DNA of 58,860 nucleotides, filler included, from Sphacelaria rigidula (Eukaryota): assembly GCA_964200075.2 (NCBI GenBank). It is 8 parts of 8 records of this genome, joined end to end, with 100 filler letters (N's around TTAATTAATTAA, not from the genome) between each part and the next. Parts side by side here need not be neighbours in the genome. Positions count along the whole stretch, not along the records: positions 1 to 7,271 come from CAXNAA020015687.1; positions 7,372 to 14,642 come from CAXNAA020015688.1; 6 more parts are not named here. One strand, written 5' to 3'. The translations under genes and the position numbers were made by a program. The notes beneath the pieces were generated by a model. That model worked only from the letters and a program-made list of their open reading frames with translations. It made no database searches and was not told the DNA's origin. Of the stretch, positions 1-12,094 are shown piece by piece. Every line of letters begins with the position of its first letter. Positions within the stretch are counted from its first letter, which is position 1.

Positions 1-2373
1 TGCGCCCACATATACCGAAAGGTGTAGACTGGTGCCCAGAATAAATGGGACGACAGCACAAAACACACACTGGCATTGTGCAACTTTTGCGTGGAGAGTT
101 CGCGAGCAATTTCTGAGAGGTGATTCGGTGATGCCGTCTCTCTTGGGTTTGACCAAACCACTTCCGGTGTCCGGTAGCAAGCGAAGACAGGAACGGCGAC
201 GTACCCAGGTTAGGTAATCAATTGTAGATGCAAGTCAAAAACACTACCGGAATAATGATATTTTCCCATACCAACGAAAACGCCCTCCTACGCAAGATCC
301 CGATCTCGATGCCTGTTCAGGGCAGCAACCGGTGTGCGACCATAGCATCCCGATTTCAACAAACCAGTCGTGGGCTAGGGCACGCGCTAATTGGTCAAGG
401 TTATTGCGAGGGGTGTGACGTGCAGTCAGTAAGCATGAACTTAGAACACTGACGCGAGGACACAGAAGAAGAAACAGAAACGCGAACCAAAAGAGGGGAA
501 GGTGGATATATATGATGGCGTTTGCGCTTTCCGCCCCCTACACCTTTTGAAGCGTACCACTACTGTTCAGCGGAGTCATTTGTCGTGAAGATGGTTGACA
601 GAACGTTCTCGGGAGTTTTTGATGATCCGGTCAGAGTGCACTTCAGAAGTCGGAAATGTATTTGTTCTTCATGTCACGTGATACACACCGTATTAATTCA
701 ACTGCTCGAACATTGACAGCGTATGACTATAAAAGCATGCTGCCTTCACCCCGCGGCCGACTGTCCCATCACTGCAGTTGCAAACATTGCGTCATGCCGT
801 GACGCGTGACTACTCACACTTTTTGAGCTGCAAACTGTGCACTAGTATACTAGCCCTCTCGCCCCCCCTAGTTCACAACCACTGCTGTTGCTGGGAGACG
901 CGCCGCCTCCAACACGCGGGATCAAGAGAGCGCGCCGTATTTCGTCACCAATAGGCGGAAAAAGAAAGGGTGCAGCACGTGGCACGAAAGAAGACACAGG
1001 CGGAGCAGCAGCGAGAGAGAGGAAGAAAATAAACGACCAGCGTTGAATACGTGGAGTGAACCATGGGTGTTGTGCTCATTTTATTCTTCTCGGCAACCGT
1101 GATGGTCGCTTGGAACGCGGCTGTCATTACCAAGTTCTGCTATCACGTGAGGAAGAGAGACACTTCAATATGAGTTGTACGTATTGGGGAAGTTGTGTAT
1201 TGGCGCACGATAGGACGGGGTGGGGGTGTAGGAAGAAAGTTGCCGATGGTGGACTCCGAGGACTACACGCATACACACATACACTAAAAACTCAAACTAG
1301 CTGCTGCGTAGGCTGTCGGCCCGTCTTTCGCTTGGGACTTCAAGTAGGCCGGTCAGGGTCGATTATATTCTGTGCATGTGTTGAGTATGCTTGCGCCAAT
1401 AAGATCGGACCTGAGCGATGATGGGTTGCCTGTCCAATGCTGATGTGTGCAAGCCTTTGGGCGTGGGCACATACGAAGAAATGAGGGTCCATGTGATACT
1501 CTGTCGCTGCACACTGCGGCTTTCTTGGACGAAATACAATACATCCCTTGATGACCGACCGGCAAACAGCACCCCGAGGCATGTGGCATTACGCTGCTGC
1601 CGAACAAGACACTGAAAAGGGAGGGAGAGCCTGTCCATTTCCGTTGCCGCTCAGCAAAATAACAACAGCGCAGTAAACAAACAGGCAGACGAAAGACTAG
1701 TGTAGATTTGTCCCTGGCACATGCTCTTACACTCAGAATCGATCTTCTCACTTGACGAGAAGATTTTTTTTTTCGCACCGTATTCCCCATCCACCCCCAC
1801 ACCCCCCACCTCATGGGCTTCAGTTCTCTTCACAGTAGTATTACAGTACTACTAGCGTAGTAGTGGGACGACAGTCGACATCCAACACAGCAGGTAAGCA
1901 TGCCACACAACTGTTCGACTGGTATACGCCCCGTAAATCTAGACGGATGCGCGCTGTAGACACTACCGCGAGCAAGCAGTCCGCGCTCACATGAAGCGGC
2001 GCGGCGTCACTGCTGAACGTGGTGATATTTCATCGAACTTTGGTCACTCGCTCGTATACATTCCGCGAAACCGATAGATTCTCTCCCGTACTACGAGTGG
2101 CATGCTCGGCGCATGGTGATTCTGGAGTACGCTGTACCGTGGCCACAGCAACCCCGAGCAAACATGCCTGTATCGGCGAGGAACGTGTACGCGTGCGCAC
2201 GCGTTTGGCGACACCGCTACCCCCCAGAACCAGAACCCTACTGTTGTCTTACCAACAGATGCAGACCATGCACATTGCCCGGACATGATTGCGGAGCAAT
2301 TGCACTGCTTTTACACAGAGCCTAGGGGCAGGGGGGAGGAGGAAGGAGCGTGTGTCGAAAGCTGTCTCCGTAA

Positions 2374-2551
2374 GGTCGTGTCTACGTATCGATACCGAAA
2401 ACAAAATAGGGAAAAGGAACAATTAAGCGTTCAAAAGCAGCATGTTGATGCGTCGCCGCAACCATAGACCCGCCCGGCGACTAATCAACATGCTGTTTTT
2501 GAACGCTGGTTCCTTTTTCCACTTCGTTTTTTATCCCGACAAGACACGGCC
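2374..2551. mobile_element. Tourist/PIF-Harbinger-like MITE, almost fully fold-back
   Basis: Termini GGTCGTGTCT...AGACACGGCC, flanked by TAA and TGA (imperfect 3-bp TSD). Internal arms AGCGTTCAAAAGCAGCATGTTGAT and ATCAACATGCTGTTTTTGAACGCT are near-perfect reverse complements. Confidence 0.6.
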
Positions 2552-3036
2552 TGAAACTCGCTGAACGAGTCATTTTGGGTTGCCATCGTGTCTTGCCGTG
2601 TACCGTAGCGTTGATGTGTACAAGCAGTTAAAAGTACGGTGACGTGGTCCAGAGCGAAAAGGTGTGCCTGGTGTACTGCATACAGTCACCGTTGACAGAG
2701 GAAGCCACTGAAAAATAACAGTAAGTAGTAGCAGTTTTCCCTTGAAAGGGGTCGCTTCACTTGTCCAAGCGATGTGGTTCCTATCGTTCTTGGTTGAGGT
2801 ATCCTAGCTGATGGTTGGTCGATAGGACACCATAATTATTCTCTCTTCAACCACGCTGTGTGTTCTGCGTTGAAGTTACGAGCTCGTCGGTAGTGTCTTA
2901 TACTACGGCCGTGAGAACATAGACAATTGTCTTGCCGTGTGCCTTCTTATATATTAGTATTAACATTGATCTTTGCTCTGTGGCTTACACAGTGCTGAAA
3001 ACAAGAGCAATGAGCTCTTATACCTCATACAGTGCG

Positions 3037-3345
3037 ATGCCTGTGAGGCCCGCGTGCTTTTTGGATCGCATCGGAGTTCAAAATACCCCAGGATCGGCGT
3101 TTTTCAAGACCGCTCGGGCAAGTCCCTGCAGGGACCGCGCCCCTAACTCAAACCCTATCCCTAACCCTCACCAGAACCTTAACCATGGGGGTGTTCCCCT
3201 TTGACCGCGAGGGTAAGTCCCCCTGCTGCATCGGCATCAGTATTCACTTGAAACGTTTTTGCGTGATGCAGATGGACTACCCGCACCGCGGTCTAAGGGT
3301 TAAGCGACGATACGGCCCAGAAAGCACGCGGTCCTCCCACGCATT
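3037..3345. mobile_element. Non-autonomous TIR element with an internal degenerate (CCCTAA)n tract
   Basis: GAGGCCCGCGTGCTTTTTGG (3045) is inverted to CCAGAAAGCACGCGGTCCTC (ends 3336). Telomere-like tract at about 3140-3185. Confidence 0.55.
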
Positions 3346-3731
3346 ACAACAGTACCGTACCGTGCCTCAGTGACCTCCAACCCATCACATGTTGGTGCCA
3401 CCTGCGTGCTAGATGGCGTAGCAGGGGAGAACAAACGAACCTACTGCTGGCACTGCCGACGACGTTGAACCAATAAAACCCAACACCTAAGCTGGAACTC
3501 CCACGCAATAACCTGTTGAGAGAGTGCACGCGTACACGTGATGGGTTCGACTTATTTCAGCAGAAGAATGCGGACTACGAACGCATGCGCCAAAGTCTAT
3601 GTACCTCACGCGTTTTCTACCGAAAATACTTGCTAACGTCGCTCGGGACCCACCCCGTCCGGCCTCCCCACGCACACCCCATTTGCCTCTGCCCCTCGCG
3701 CCTCGTGATAAATCACCGTAAAAAAAAACAG

Positions 3732-4169
3732 GGGGATGACGAGCCACCGCTCGATTGGCGCTCAAGTGACCTCGTCGTGATCGACGTACCAAACGTTACC
3801 CCGCCGCCGGAGCCCCAATACGAGGCCCTTCACGTGGCGATTGTCCGCCGCCGCATCGCTCGCGAAGCCCAGCGACAGCAACGTCGTCAACAGAAACGCG
3901 AGGACCGCCGATATTTCGACACTATCCACCGACGCTCGTCGGAAAGCTACGGCGACTTCAGCAGGAGCGGCAGGGGCAGATACAACTCGTACTCAAACGA
4001 CGTGGACCCAGGGCAGGAGGTTGGTGCTACCAATAGGGCAGGTGACGGCCCCACCGCCACCGCCACGGCCACGATGAAAACGACTAGGCAGGCTGTGCGC
4101 CGGCCCTTCAGAGCGCACCGAGCATTCGACGCGTTTTACCGCATTAAGAGCAGCGGCACCACCGTGTGA
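3732..4169 (+). CDS. Probable terminal exon of an unassigned gene (GDDEPPLDWRSSDLVVIDVP...FDAFYRIKSSGTTV*)
   Basis: In-frame acceptor AAAAACAG at 3731 inside ORF 3516-4169. GC-rich, protein-like composition with an R/Q/E helical segment. No family recognised. Confidence 0.45.
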   Translation, partial: GDDEPPLDWRSSDLVVIDVPNVTPPPEPQYEALHVAIVRRRIAREAQRQQRRQQKREDRRYFDTIHRRSSESYGDFSRSGRGRYNSYSNDVDPGQEVGATNRAGDGPTATATATMKTTRQAVRRPFRAHRAFDAFYRIKSSGTTV

Positions 4170-4379
4170 CAAAATGTCGATTGATGGGGTGATCAAACTG
4201 ATCAATCCATCGATCGATCGTAAGCGGGACTGGGCGTACGATTTCACTGCGCAGAAGTTAAGTCTTACTGCATGAGTTTTGCACGAAGCGAGGGCGTGGA
4301 GATTGTTGTTGTCTTGGACAGTACATTGTCAAGTGGAAATGCGACAGTGGACGAGAAGACATCCTGGTGGGTGGGGGGG

Positions 4380-4446
4380 CGTACCCATTTGTTGCTTGCC
4401 TTAGTCGTTTGGCCATTGACCACGCATCCCCCACGAGACGGAGCAC
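4380..4446 (-). mobile_element. 67-bp 5'-truncated 3' end of the oligo(C)-ended LINE (family B)
   Basis: GTACCCATTTGTTGCTTGCCTTAGTCGTTTGGCCATTGACCACGCATCC...GAGACGGAGCAC matches the copies at 13293, 21035 and 31912. CTGGTGGG plus a G-run lies on both sides, resembling a TSD. Confidence 0.8.
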
Positions 4447-4871
4447 TGGTGGGGGCGGGAGGGGGGATTGTGCAAAGAAGGGAGAAAGATGAAGCGCGAG
4501 TTTCAAGAATCCCACAATTTCCCGACGAAGGTAGGGAGTAGCTGCAACACACTTTATCGGCTTCGACAGGGTCTCAGCAGCAGTACCTGACCTCGATAAA
4601 TACGCCAATGTACGTAGACGCATGATTTCCTGGGTCGCAAAGGTTTCAGTGACAAGGAGTTGGGAAATAATGTTAGACAAAGGAAATGGCTCATGTCATT
4701 AACTAACTTGCATGTTCTGTATCTTGTGTGCTGCTGGCTGGATATTTATTCGGGCTTGGTCGGCAGCATACGGAACAGCATACGAAGCCCTTTTGAGCCG
4801 TTCTTTTTGGTGATGAGGTGCTACGTTTTACATTTTGCGCTGCGTCGCATCGGGGGCGGGGGGCGGGGGGG

Positions 4872-4970
4872 GTACTCATGATCTTGCATGCCATAGTCAT
4901 CTGGCCACTGACCTCGCATCCCTACAAAGCGGGGACGGAGCACACCGGAATTTCGCCGGATCAGTCAGGC
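4872..4970 (-). mobile_element. Truncated family A (SINE-like) copy between G-runs
   Basis: GTACTCATGATCTTGCATGCCATAGTCAT...GGACGGAGCAC matches copies at 43715 and 54433. G-runs at about 4852-4872 and 4972-4987. Confidence 0.8.
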
Positions 4971-7271
4971 AGGGGGGGGGGGGGGGGTGTGTGGAGGGGG
5001 GTCGCGCTGTGGCGACCGTTTGTATGTGAGACCCTTCGGTTGACGCGGAATCGATCTAGCTAGGGAAATAAGTATGCACACGGAATCATAGTGTGTGTCT
5101 CGTGTCGTGATTACTGTATACCATCGTTCAACGTTTACTTTGTTGTGAATATGCTATGCCGCAGAACGAGCTATTTGTGGTGTGTTGATGTGTTCGTCAG
5201 CAGAGGGTAGAAATTCAGGAAAAGCTGAACGTGAAAAAACGCTCACTCCGTGTTCCTGCAGCGGCGGTCGGTCGAGGGCAATCTCTTTTTTATTCATTTT
5301 TATAGTTGCATTGTTCGACGGGAAACCTAGGCGCCGGCTCTGACCCACCTTTGGGGATTGCCTGCTTTGATTTTTACGCATCACCCTTGCGGTTATTTAT
5401 CGTTTTTTCAGATGAACGTTCGATACACCACCCTGCGCAACAGTTGTAGACCGTGTTGCGCGCAGCAGTGGTATGGTGAGGATCTCACAACTGGTGATGG
5501 AAGAGATCCTTGAGTCGGGAAAAATCCCAGGGTCGACAGACAAGTACCTGGAATTTTCTGCCCAAGAAGGCCCGCGATGTTAAGGCAAAAAGTACAAGGG
5601 AAAAAGCGAAGGACACGGTGTTGAATTTTGAAGACACCGGATACCAGTACAACGGGGAACTATACGGTATGATGAAGGGGGCGGTACGGTGTGGTGTACT
5701 TCCGCATGGAGGGGCAGACAGGGCGCGATGTGGTTGCCGGGAGGTCGAGTACGGTAAATGAGGAATGAGAGCTCTCACTAACATATCGGTAAGCCAGTGC
5801 CGTGCTCGCGCTTTTGTGGAGTGACCCCGGGGTGGTAGACCCTCTTCTCGCCGCATTTGCTTCAAAATATAGCGCGTGATCATTCTTACTTGCGAGGGAT
5901 TAGAGGGACACAAATGCGCGATCGACAACAATCATTTTTGGGTGGTGAGTAACGTACGACGGAAGACAGGCGGTAGAATATTGTAAGCAATAATGCAAGA
6001 GGTACGGCTAGCTATAGTCCTCGCGAGAAGCCTATTGCTGTGGTAGTTGTGGAAGTCTTTGGTTGTGATCGTGGTTGCTGTGGTTGTTGTTGTTATTGTT
6101 GTTGTTTATAATTGTAATGTACAAACCGTCACGCTACAGCATCGGAAATGTGCGTGCGTGGGGGAAAAAGCATCGTGAAAAAGCAACACAGTGCGTTGTA
6201 CATCTACATTGCCAAGATTTAGAGGCGCACGGTGCTGGATAAGGCCTCGCCAGTCTGGTGGGGTTCTGGGGAGCTGTTACGTTTGTTTGGTGGGCGGGTT
6301 TTTATGTCTCCAATACGGTCCCGAGGTGGTCTGTTTTGAATTTTGTACACAAGAAGTGCTCATGTAGAGTGGGAAGTGTCTCGCTCCGGTGCAGCGGCAA
6401 TACGAAAGGACGGTGGGGTAGGGAGGGGGAGGGGAAGAGGGGACTACGGTGCGGTGGTACGAAAACAGAGGACTGAGCACAACTCTTTCCCGACACTGCA
6501 AGCAAATCCATTTTTTAGGTGTGGTTACTTACCGCTGGTCGGTGCTACTAGGATTTGTAAAATTTATCACGAGAGGCGAAGGTGAGGGGCGCAGAGCGAG
6601 GGAGAAGAGAAATGCATGACGGTCGTCATGCACTGTACATAAATACAAACTTGATAAGCATAGTAAGCAACGACTGTATTAAACGGGTGGCTCGTCATCG
6701 CTTGGTGGGTGTGGTAACAAGATCCTAGGTAGCGGACTCAAAATGGGTATGCTCTGCCTGAACGGTACCGTTTTCTTTTCACACACGGTGCTCCGAATGA
6801 GTTAGTTATCTCTTTTTAGACCTATCTCAAGGCAAGCAACCCCGAAGATCGAGATGCTTTGTTTGGGCTAGGGTTTGCCCTAACCCTAAGCAGCACCATG
6901 ACTTGCGTGATTTGTGATGCAAGTTTATATGCGAAACACCACTTCGGTTATTTTGACTGCGCCATGATTACTGCTGACGTCAGTTCCCATTCAGTTCTAA
7001 CTGGGTCCAAGCGAAAAATGTACGCTCAGTACGGTCAGCCAAGGCCTACAGTTTGGTGCGGTTGCTGCTTCATCGCGAGCAGTAGAGGTCGTACGGCGTA
7101 GGTGATAATGCTGTGCGCTCCCTTGCTTCATCTCCCTAGCGGCTCGACTTGGGTCACAACAACACTGCCATGGTGTCACGGATGTCCCCGCACGCCTGCT
7201 CGACCACTTCTGCTCCCACAACTGTGGGGGGGGGGGGGGGGTCTCGGCTTTTTCCTTTCTTTTACAATTCT

Positions 7272-7371
7272 NNNNNNNNNNNNNNNNNNNNNNNNNNNNN
7301 NNNNNNNNNNNNNNNTTAATTAATTAANNNNNNNNNNNNNNNNNNNNNNNNNNNNNNNNNNNNNNNNNNNN
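7272..7371. other. Artificial contig spacer N44-TTAATTAATTAA-N44
   Basis: The same 100-bp spacer occurs seven times and has stops in all six frames. Confidence 0.99.
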
Positions 7372-7446
7372 TTGTAGGGCGGCCCACCCCTTCCACCCAA
7401 GTTGAAATCTAGTTTCCAAAGAAGCAAGAATTCCCCCCCCCCCCCC

Positions 7447-7487
7447 TCAATGGTCTTATGACTATGGCATGCATGATCATGAGTACA
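7447..7487 (+). mobile_element. 41-bp family A 3' end embedded in a C-run
   Basis: TCAATGGTCTTATGACTATGGCATGCATGATCATGAGTACA, with C-runs at 7433-7446 and 7489-7496. Confidence 0.75.
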
Positions 7488-7511
7488 GCCCCCCCCGCCT
7501 CCCCGGGGGGA

Positions 7512-7683
7512 GGACGGGGATAAGATATTTAAAAGGTTTTTGTGTAATGTATGGAAGAGACGTAATGAGCTCCGGAATGTTGGAGGTGGCTCTATTAGGA
7601 GTAGGAACGAACGGTGCTCCGTCTCGAAAGAGATACGTGATCAATGGTCGAGCGACTAAGGCAAGCAACAAATTAGTACAACC
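7512..7683 (+). mobile_element. Family B LINE 3' fragment
   Basis: Reverse-complement match to about 13293-13460. Encodes ...NGAPSRKRYVINGRATKASNK. Confidence 0.75.
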
Positions 7684-7999
7684 GTGGTAAGGTGAATGCC
7701 CTCAATTTTGAAATGGTACAAGACCTGCGGGATATTTTTCATNNNNNNNNNCGTTTTGAAATATCTACTTGTTCTACTGTCGAGCCAAAAAAGCAATTAA
7801 CAAATTTGTCCCCCCCCCCCCCCCCCTCCCCCCCCCCCCCCCCCCCCATAAAAATTTCGAGTGGATGTCACTTTCTACTTCTGTTCTTTTCTTGGCTGCT
7901 TCCGCTTCTTTTTCCGTGTATTGGTGATATAAATATAGTGTCAAAATTTCAACTCCCAACCCGTTGGACTTTTCCCCGGCCTCGGTTCGAGCACTGAGG

Positions 8000-10900
8000 C
8001 CGGGTTGGGCTGGCTGACGGCAGCTGCCCAAGGAGAGACACAGCGTTTTGACTAGTACGGATGATCTAGGACACCTACTGTCAAACTGCTCCGTACCACG
8101 TCCGTGCGGGAGCTGGATTACCCCTCCTTCAAAGTACCCCGGCACGTGCAAGCCATATGGTGATTATCATCCGTGATACAGTCGATACCTTCCCCCGACC
8201 GTAGACCCGAACCGCCGACACCGGGTTTTAGGCCGGCTAAGGCAGCGACTCCTTGAAGAGTGCAACACTCGGCTTGTGCGGAGATTAACTCCTACTATCT
8301 CACTGCTACGCACCACAGTGGGGTGGGTTTGAATGCCCATCGCGCCAGCATTCTTCACGGCACCACACGGTGGTAGCCACCCGTAAACTTACTGTTACAT
8401 GGCGATGATATTGGAACACGCCCTACCCCTGCCGGATGGGGCCGCTAATCCGACTCACCATCGTCACCGCCGAAAGCAGTGTTGCCGTAGCTCTGATAGC
8501 AGACAGCGGCGCGCGTGTAAGCAGAAAGGTCGACCTGGTGGAGGTCGACGTGCGCGAGGTCTGCTGAACCTCGCGCAGCAACGGTGAGGCATGAACCAGC
8601 GTGGCAGAAGAGTGCGTGGAAACAGAGAATAGCACACAAATGCTGGATCAGACACAAACACGAAAGGGACATAGCAAAACGAAGGAAGAGAAGAAGGGGA
8701 AAACCAGCCCGACTAGCCGTCAAGGCTCAGGCTCGCGCCAATCGCACTGCCGCTAGGGCGGAGTCTCGGTCCAAAGGGCTGGTAGTGGCCACCTGGAATG
8801 TACGCACCATGGCCGAGAAAGGGTCTGACGGCACAGGCCACGCAGAGGACCTGCTGCTTTTTTGCGTCCAAATACAACTGTGATTTCGCCGCTCTTCAAG
8901 AAACCCGTGGCGATGGACAAACAACCCTCCACGCACCGGCAGCGGGATACATGGCTCACCGCAGCGGCCACGGCCATGGAGACGGGGGTAAACCGGGAAT
9001 GCTCGGAGTCCGCCTTGTCACCAAGGAGTCTATCGCCAGCACGCTGGGTCCAGACGCCACCGCTCCCGAACACATGAGTACCAGAATCCTGAAGGTACGG
9101 GTATCTTTCCGCCATGAAGTCGCAACAACCTTCATCGTAGAGTATGCTCCTACTGAGACAGCACCAGGTTCTGAAAAGACCACGTTCTGCAAAACCCTCA
9201 AGTGGTTCCATCGCTAAAGTGCCCACTGACGAGCACCTAGTACTCATGATGGATGCCAATGCTCGTAACGGAAAGAGAGGAGGAGGGGATGGATGACGTT
9301 CGGGTATTGGGAGAGTATGGCGGAGACACCCGGAATAATAATCGTAGACGCCTTTTGAAATGCGCTGCGGAATATCAAGTGGCCATCACCAACACATTTT
9401 TTCGCCTACGAACTCGCGGGGAAAACTCGACCGCATACACATATGCGAGGTCGAACGTCTGACACCGCTGGCGCCTGAACTACATCCTAGTACGCCAGCA
9501 AGACCGTAGACGCGTCCGAAATGTCACCGTGCACCCCGAGATGAAATCGGATCATCGTCTGGTCTCTGCCGTCATCCGTCTTCGGACGGAACGCTCCCAA
9601 CCGCCGACCGAAACCGAGAGGCGGGGATAGATAGCGGAGTGCGTGTCGACCGCAAAGCCCTTGCATCCGACCGACGCCGGAGAGCGGCTGTTTCACAGGC
9701 CATTGTCACTAAGCTCCCGAATGCCATTAATTCCCCCGCAGTAATGGACGTCAACGAAATGGCAGCCACCTTCGCCAACGCCCCGCGACAAACGGCCGCG
9801 GATACACTCCCTCGATGCCCCCAAGAAAACCCCACCTAAAGGTTTCAGTGAGTCAACTCAAGCTCAGGATAGCCTCGAAAAGTCGTGGGATCTCAGGGAA
9901 AGTGTATGGAAGAAACTGCGAGTAAACCCCAAAGACGAGCTTTCCTGAAGAAGGCGCTGAAGGTGGCGGACAAAGCGTCTAAGCCGGTAAAGGATGCTGA
10001 ACTGCAGAACTTCGTTTACGAGGTCACAGTTCGAACCGCGGACTTTGTTCCTAAGAAAGATCAAGGAGGACTGTACCAGCATATCATGTCCTTGGAACTC
10101 GAAGGGGAGACGCAGAGCGACGCAACTTATATCAGGAGCGTGACTGGCGAGCTTTTGCGGGACAAGCAAGCTATCCTGCAATGATGGAAGGAATGGTTCG
10201 AAACACTGCTGAACGCAACCTCGCCTACGATCGACCACTCCGTCATCGATCTCATCGAACAGATGCCGGAGCACGCACCACTCGCGGCGGAGCCCTCGAT
10301 GGCAGAAGTGAAGGAAGCGCTGGGCAAACTGGCGAGCGACAAGGCCATTGGGACGGACAACATCTGTGGCAAACTTGTGAAGCTCGGCCGCACCAAAGAC
10401 TGTGCCATTCTGAAGTACCTCCACAATACGGCAGTCAGTATATCGCCGTGGCCACCAAGGTTAGCCTCCTGAAGGCTGAAGTGATCGAGGTAATGCTGTA
10501 CGGCTGTGTGACCTGGACGATCGCACACTACAACTTCGTAGCGTCACGGGAGGCCCGTCGAGGAGTCCTGCTGAGGTGCCTCAACAAGCATACCTCCAGC
10601 CGCAACGCCCATGACTACCACATCATGCTATACCACGAGGTCCTCGAAAGAGCCAGCTGCGAGTGCATCGAGGCCATCGTGATGAAACGGACCCTCCTAC
10701 ACGCCGGCCGCGTTGTGCGCATGCACGTTGACCGCCTTCCCAACATCGTCATGCGTGTTGTGATGGTTGGAGGGAAGATGAGGACAGGCCGACCAGCAAG
10801 GCGCCTACAACACTGCATCATGGGCTACTGTTCGTGCTTGGGAATAAACCCGACATCGTGGACGCAGGGTGCCCAAGATGTGCCCAAATGGTCTCGTGCT

Positions 10901-11365
10901 GTAGAGGAGGGGGCTGAAGGGAGTACATGGCAGCCTGGACCAAAGCACGCCAAGCTAAGGAATTGTTCGCTGTACCACCACCAGAGCTCGCCCAGTGCCT
11001 ACCGAGGACCCTCAAAAAGTAACCAGTAGTCCATCGGGCAGTACAATCTGGTACATCTGCCGTCTTTCCGAACAGCTGCGGTGGTTAGTCTGTGAGGCTG
11101 CCTGTGGTTGTTTTTTGAGTTTGACCCTCCCTTGGTGGCCATGCTAAACCCCTCGTGCCATCTGTTTTTCCTTGTGTTGTCTTTCTTCTCTTTCTCTCTT
11201 TTTTCGATGTACTTTTTCTAGCAGATCTGAAGTTTTTTGCTTGGTTGCTTGTTTTCGCATTTCCCCCGTTGAACTCGAGGAAGCTACTCCTCACATGGTC
11301 TTGTAGCGTCTCTCCCCTTATTTTCATTTGGTAATATTTTCGATGACTTGTGTTTGTTTTTGTAA
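8000..11365 (+). mobile_element. Degenerate RTE-clade non-LTR retrotransposon (APE endonuclease + RT) with the RT core deleted
   Basis: APE motifs VATWNVRT (about 8780), FAALQETR, EYAPTE, MMDANAR, AITNTFF and SDHRLV. RT N-terminus PSMAEVKEALGKLASDKAIGTDNI, then a jump to the thumb region (VMLYGCVTWT...RLPNIVM...RTGRPARR). Several frameshifts and stops, and a T-rich 3' UTR. The 5' boundary is approximate. Confidence 0.9.
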
Positions 11366-11746
11366 TTAATGACGAGGGCTCTGTCTTGTAAGGAATAGCA
11401 GGGGCGGTATTGGAAAGACGAGCCTACGCATGTGACCGCGATTTCGAGAGATCGGACTCACGTGCGCAAATAATAATAATAATGACCCCTGAAACTGAGA
11501 AGAGCAAAAATGTTCAACCGCCAATAGAAACGCTTTGCTAGCCCACCTCATTCTATAGTACCTAGGAGCGCTGTGCTCGACGATGGCTGCTGCTGCTACT
11601 GCAGAAGCAGTGGCTCGTATATGCGCGCGAACAACATATGCCGCGCAGCCGGCGCATGATGTACTTCTGTCGCATTATGCCACTGTACGGGCGGCTGCAG
11701 CGCTTGAGTTGGCCTCCGCTTGGTTCGGAATTTGCTTCACTTTTGA

Positions 11747-11872
11747 CCCTCTTGGGATCGGAGTGGACTAACGAGGGGTGAGTACCCGTTTGTGAATCGG
11801 CATCATTTTCACTCGAAAAACGACTGAAATTGATGCCGATTCACCAATGGACCACCGTTTGCAGTCAAAGGG
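11747..11872. mobile_element. piggyBac-like MITE (degenerate left end)
   Basis: Ends CAAAGGG|TTAA. The internal inverted repeat GTGAATCGGCATCA/TGATGCCGATTCAC is shared with 35532-35671. Confidence 0.65.
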
Positions 11873-12094
11873 TTAAGGCGGTATCCGGCCTCGGAGTGGA
11901 CTCAGCCGGGTCACAGATATGTTGCCGCAGTGCGCACGGTCAACACACCTCCCGCGTTTCGACCCGATGCAACGCAAAATATTGAGATGTCCCGGCCGCA
12001 GACAGCTGTTCGAGCTCAGAGTACAAGTGCTTTGCGCATGCAGCAGAATGCATTCAAGACAAGACCATTGGCCACTGTGCCGTTTCTGCGGTGC

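Noticed and set aside
60-750. Coding-like decayed sequence on the minus strand (similar stretches at 5410-5670, 39000-39700, 44223-44430 and 52100-52620)
   Set aside because: Multiple stops and frameshifts with no motif I can assign to a family.
7316-7327. TTAATTAATTAA motif recurring every ~7370 bp
   Set aside because: It is an artificial linker inside N spacers, not biological periodicity.
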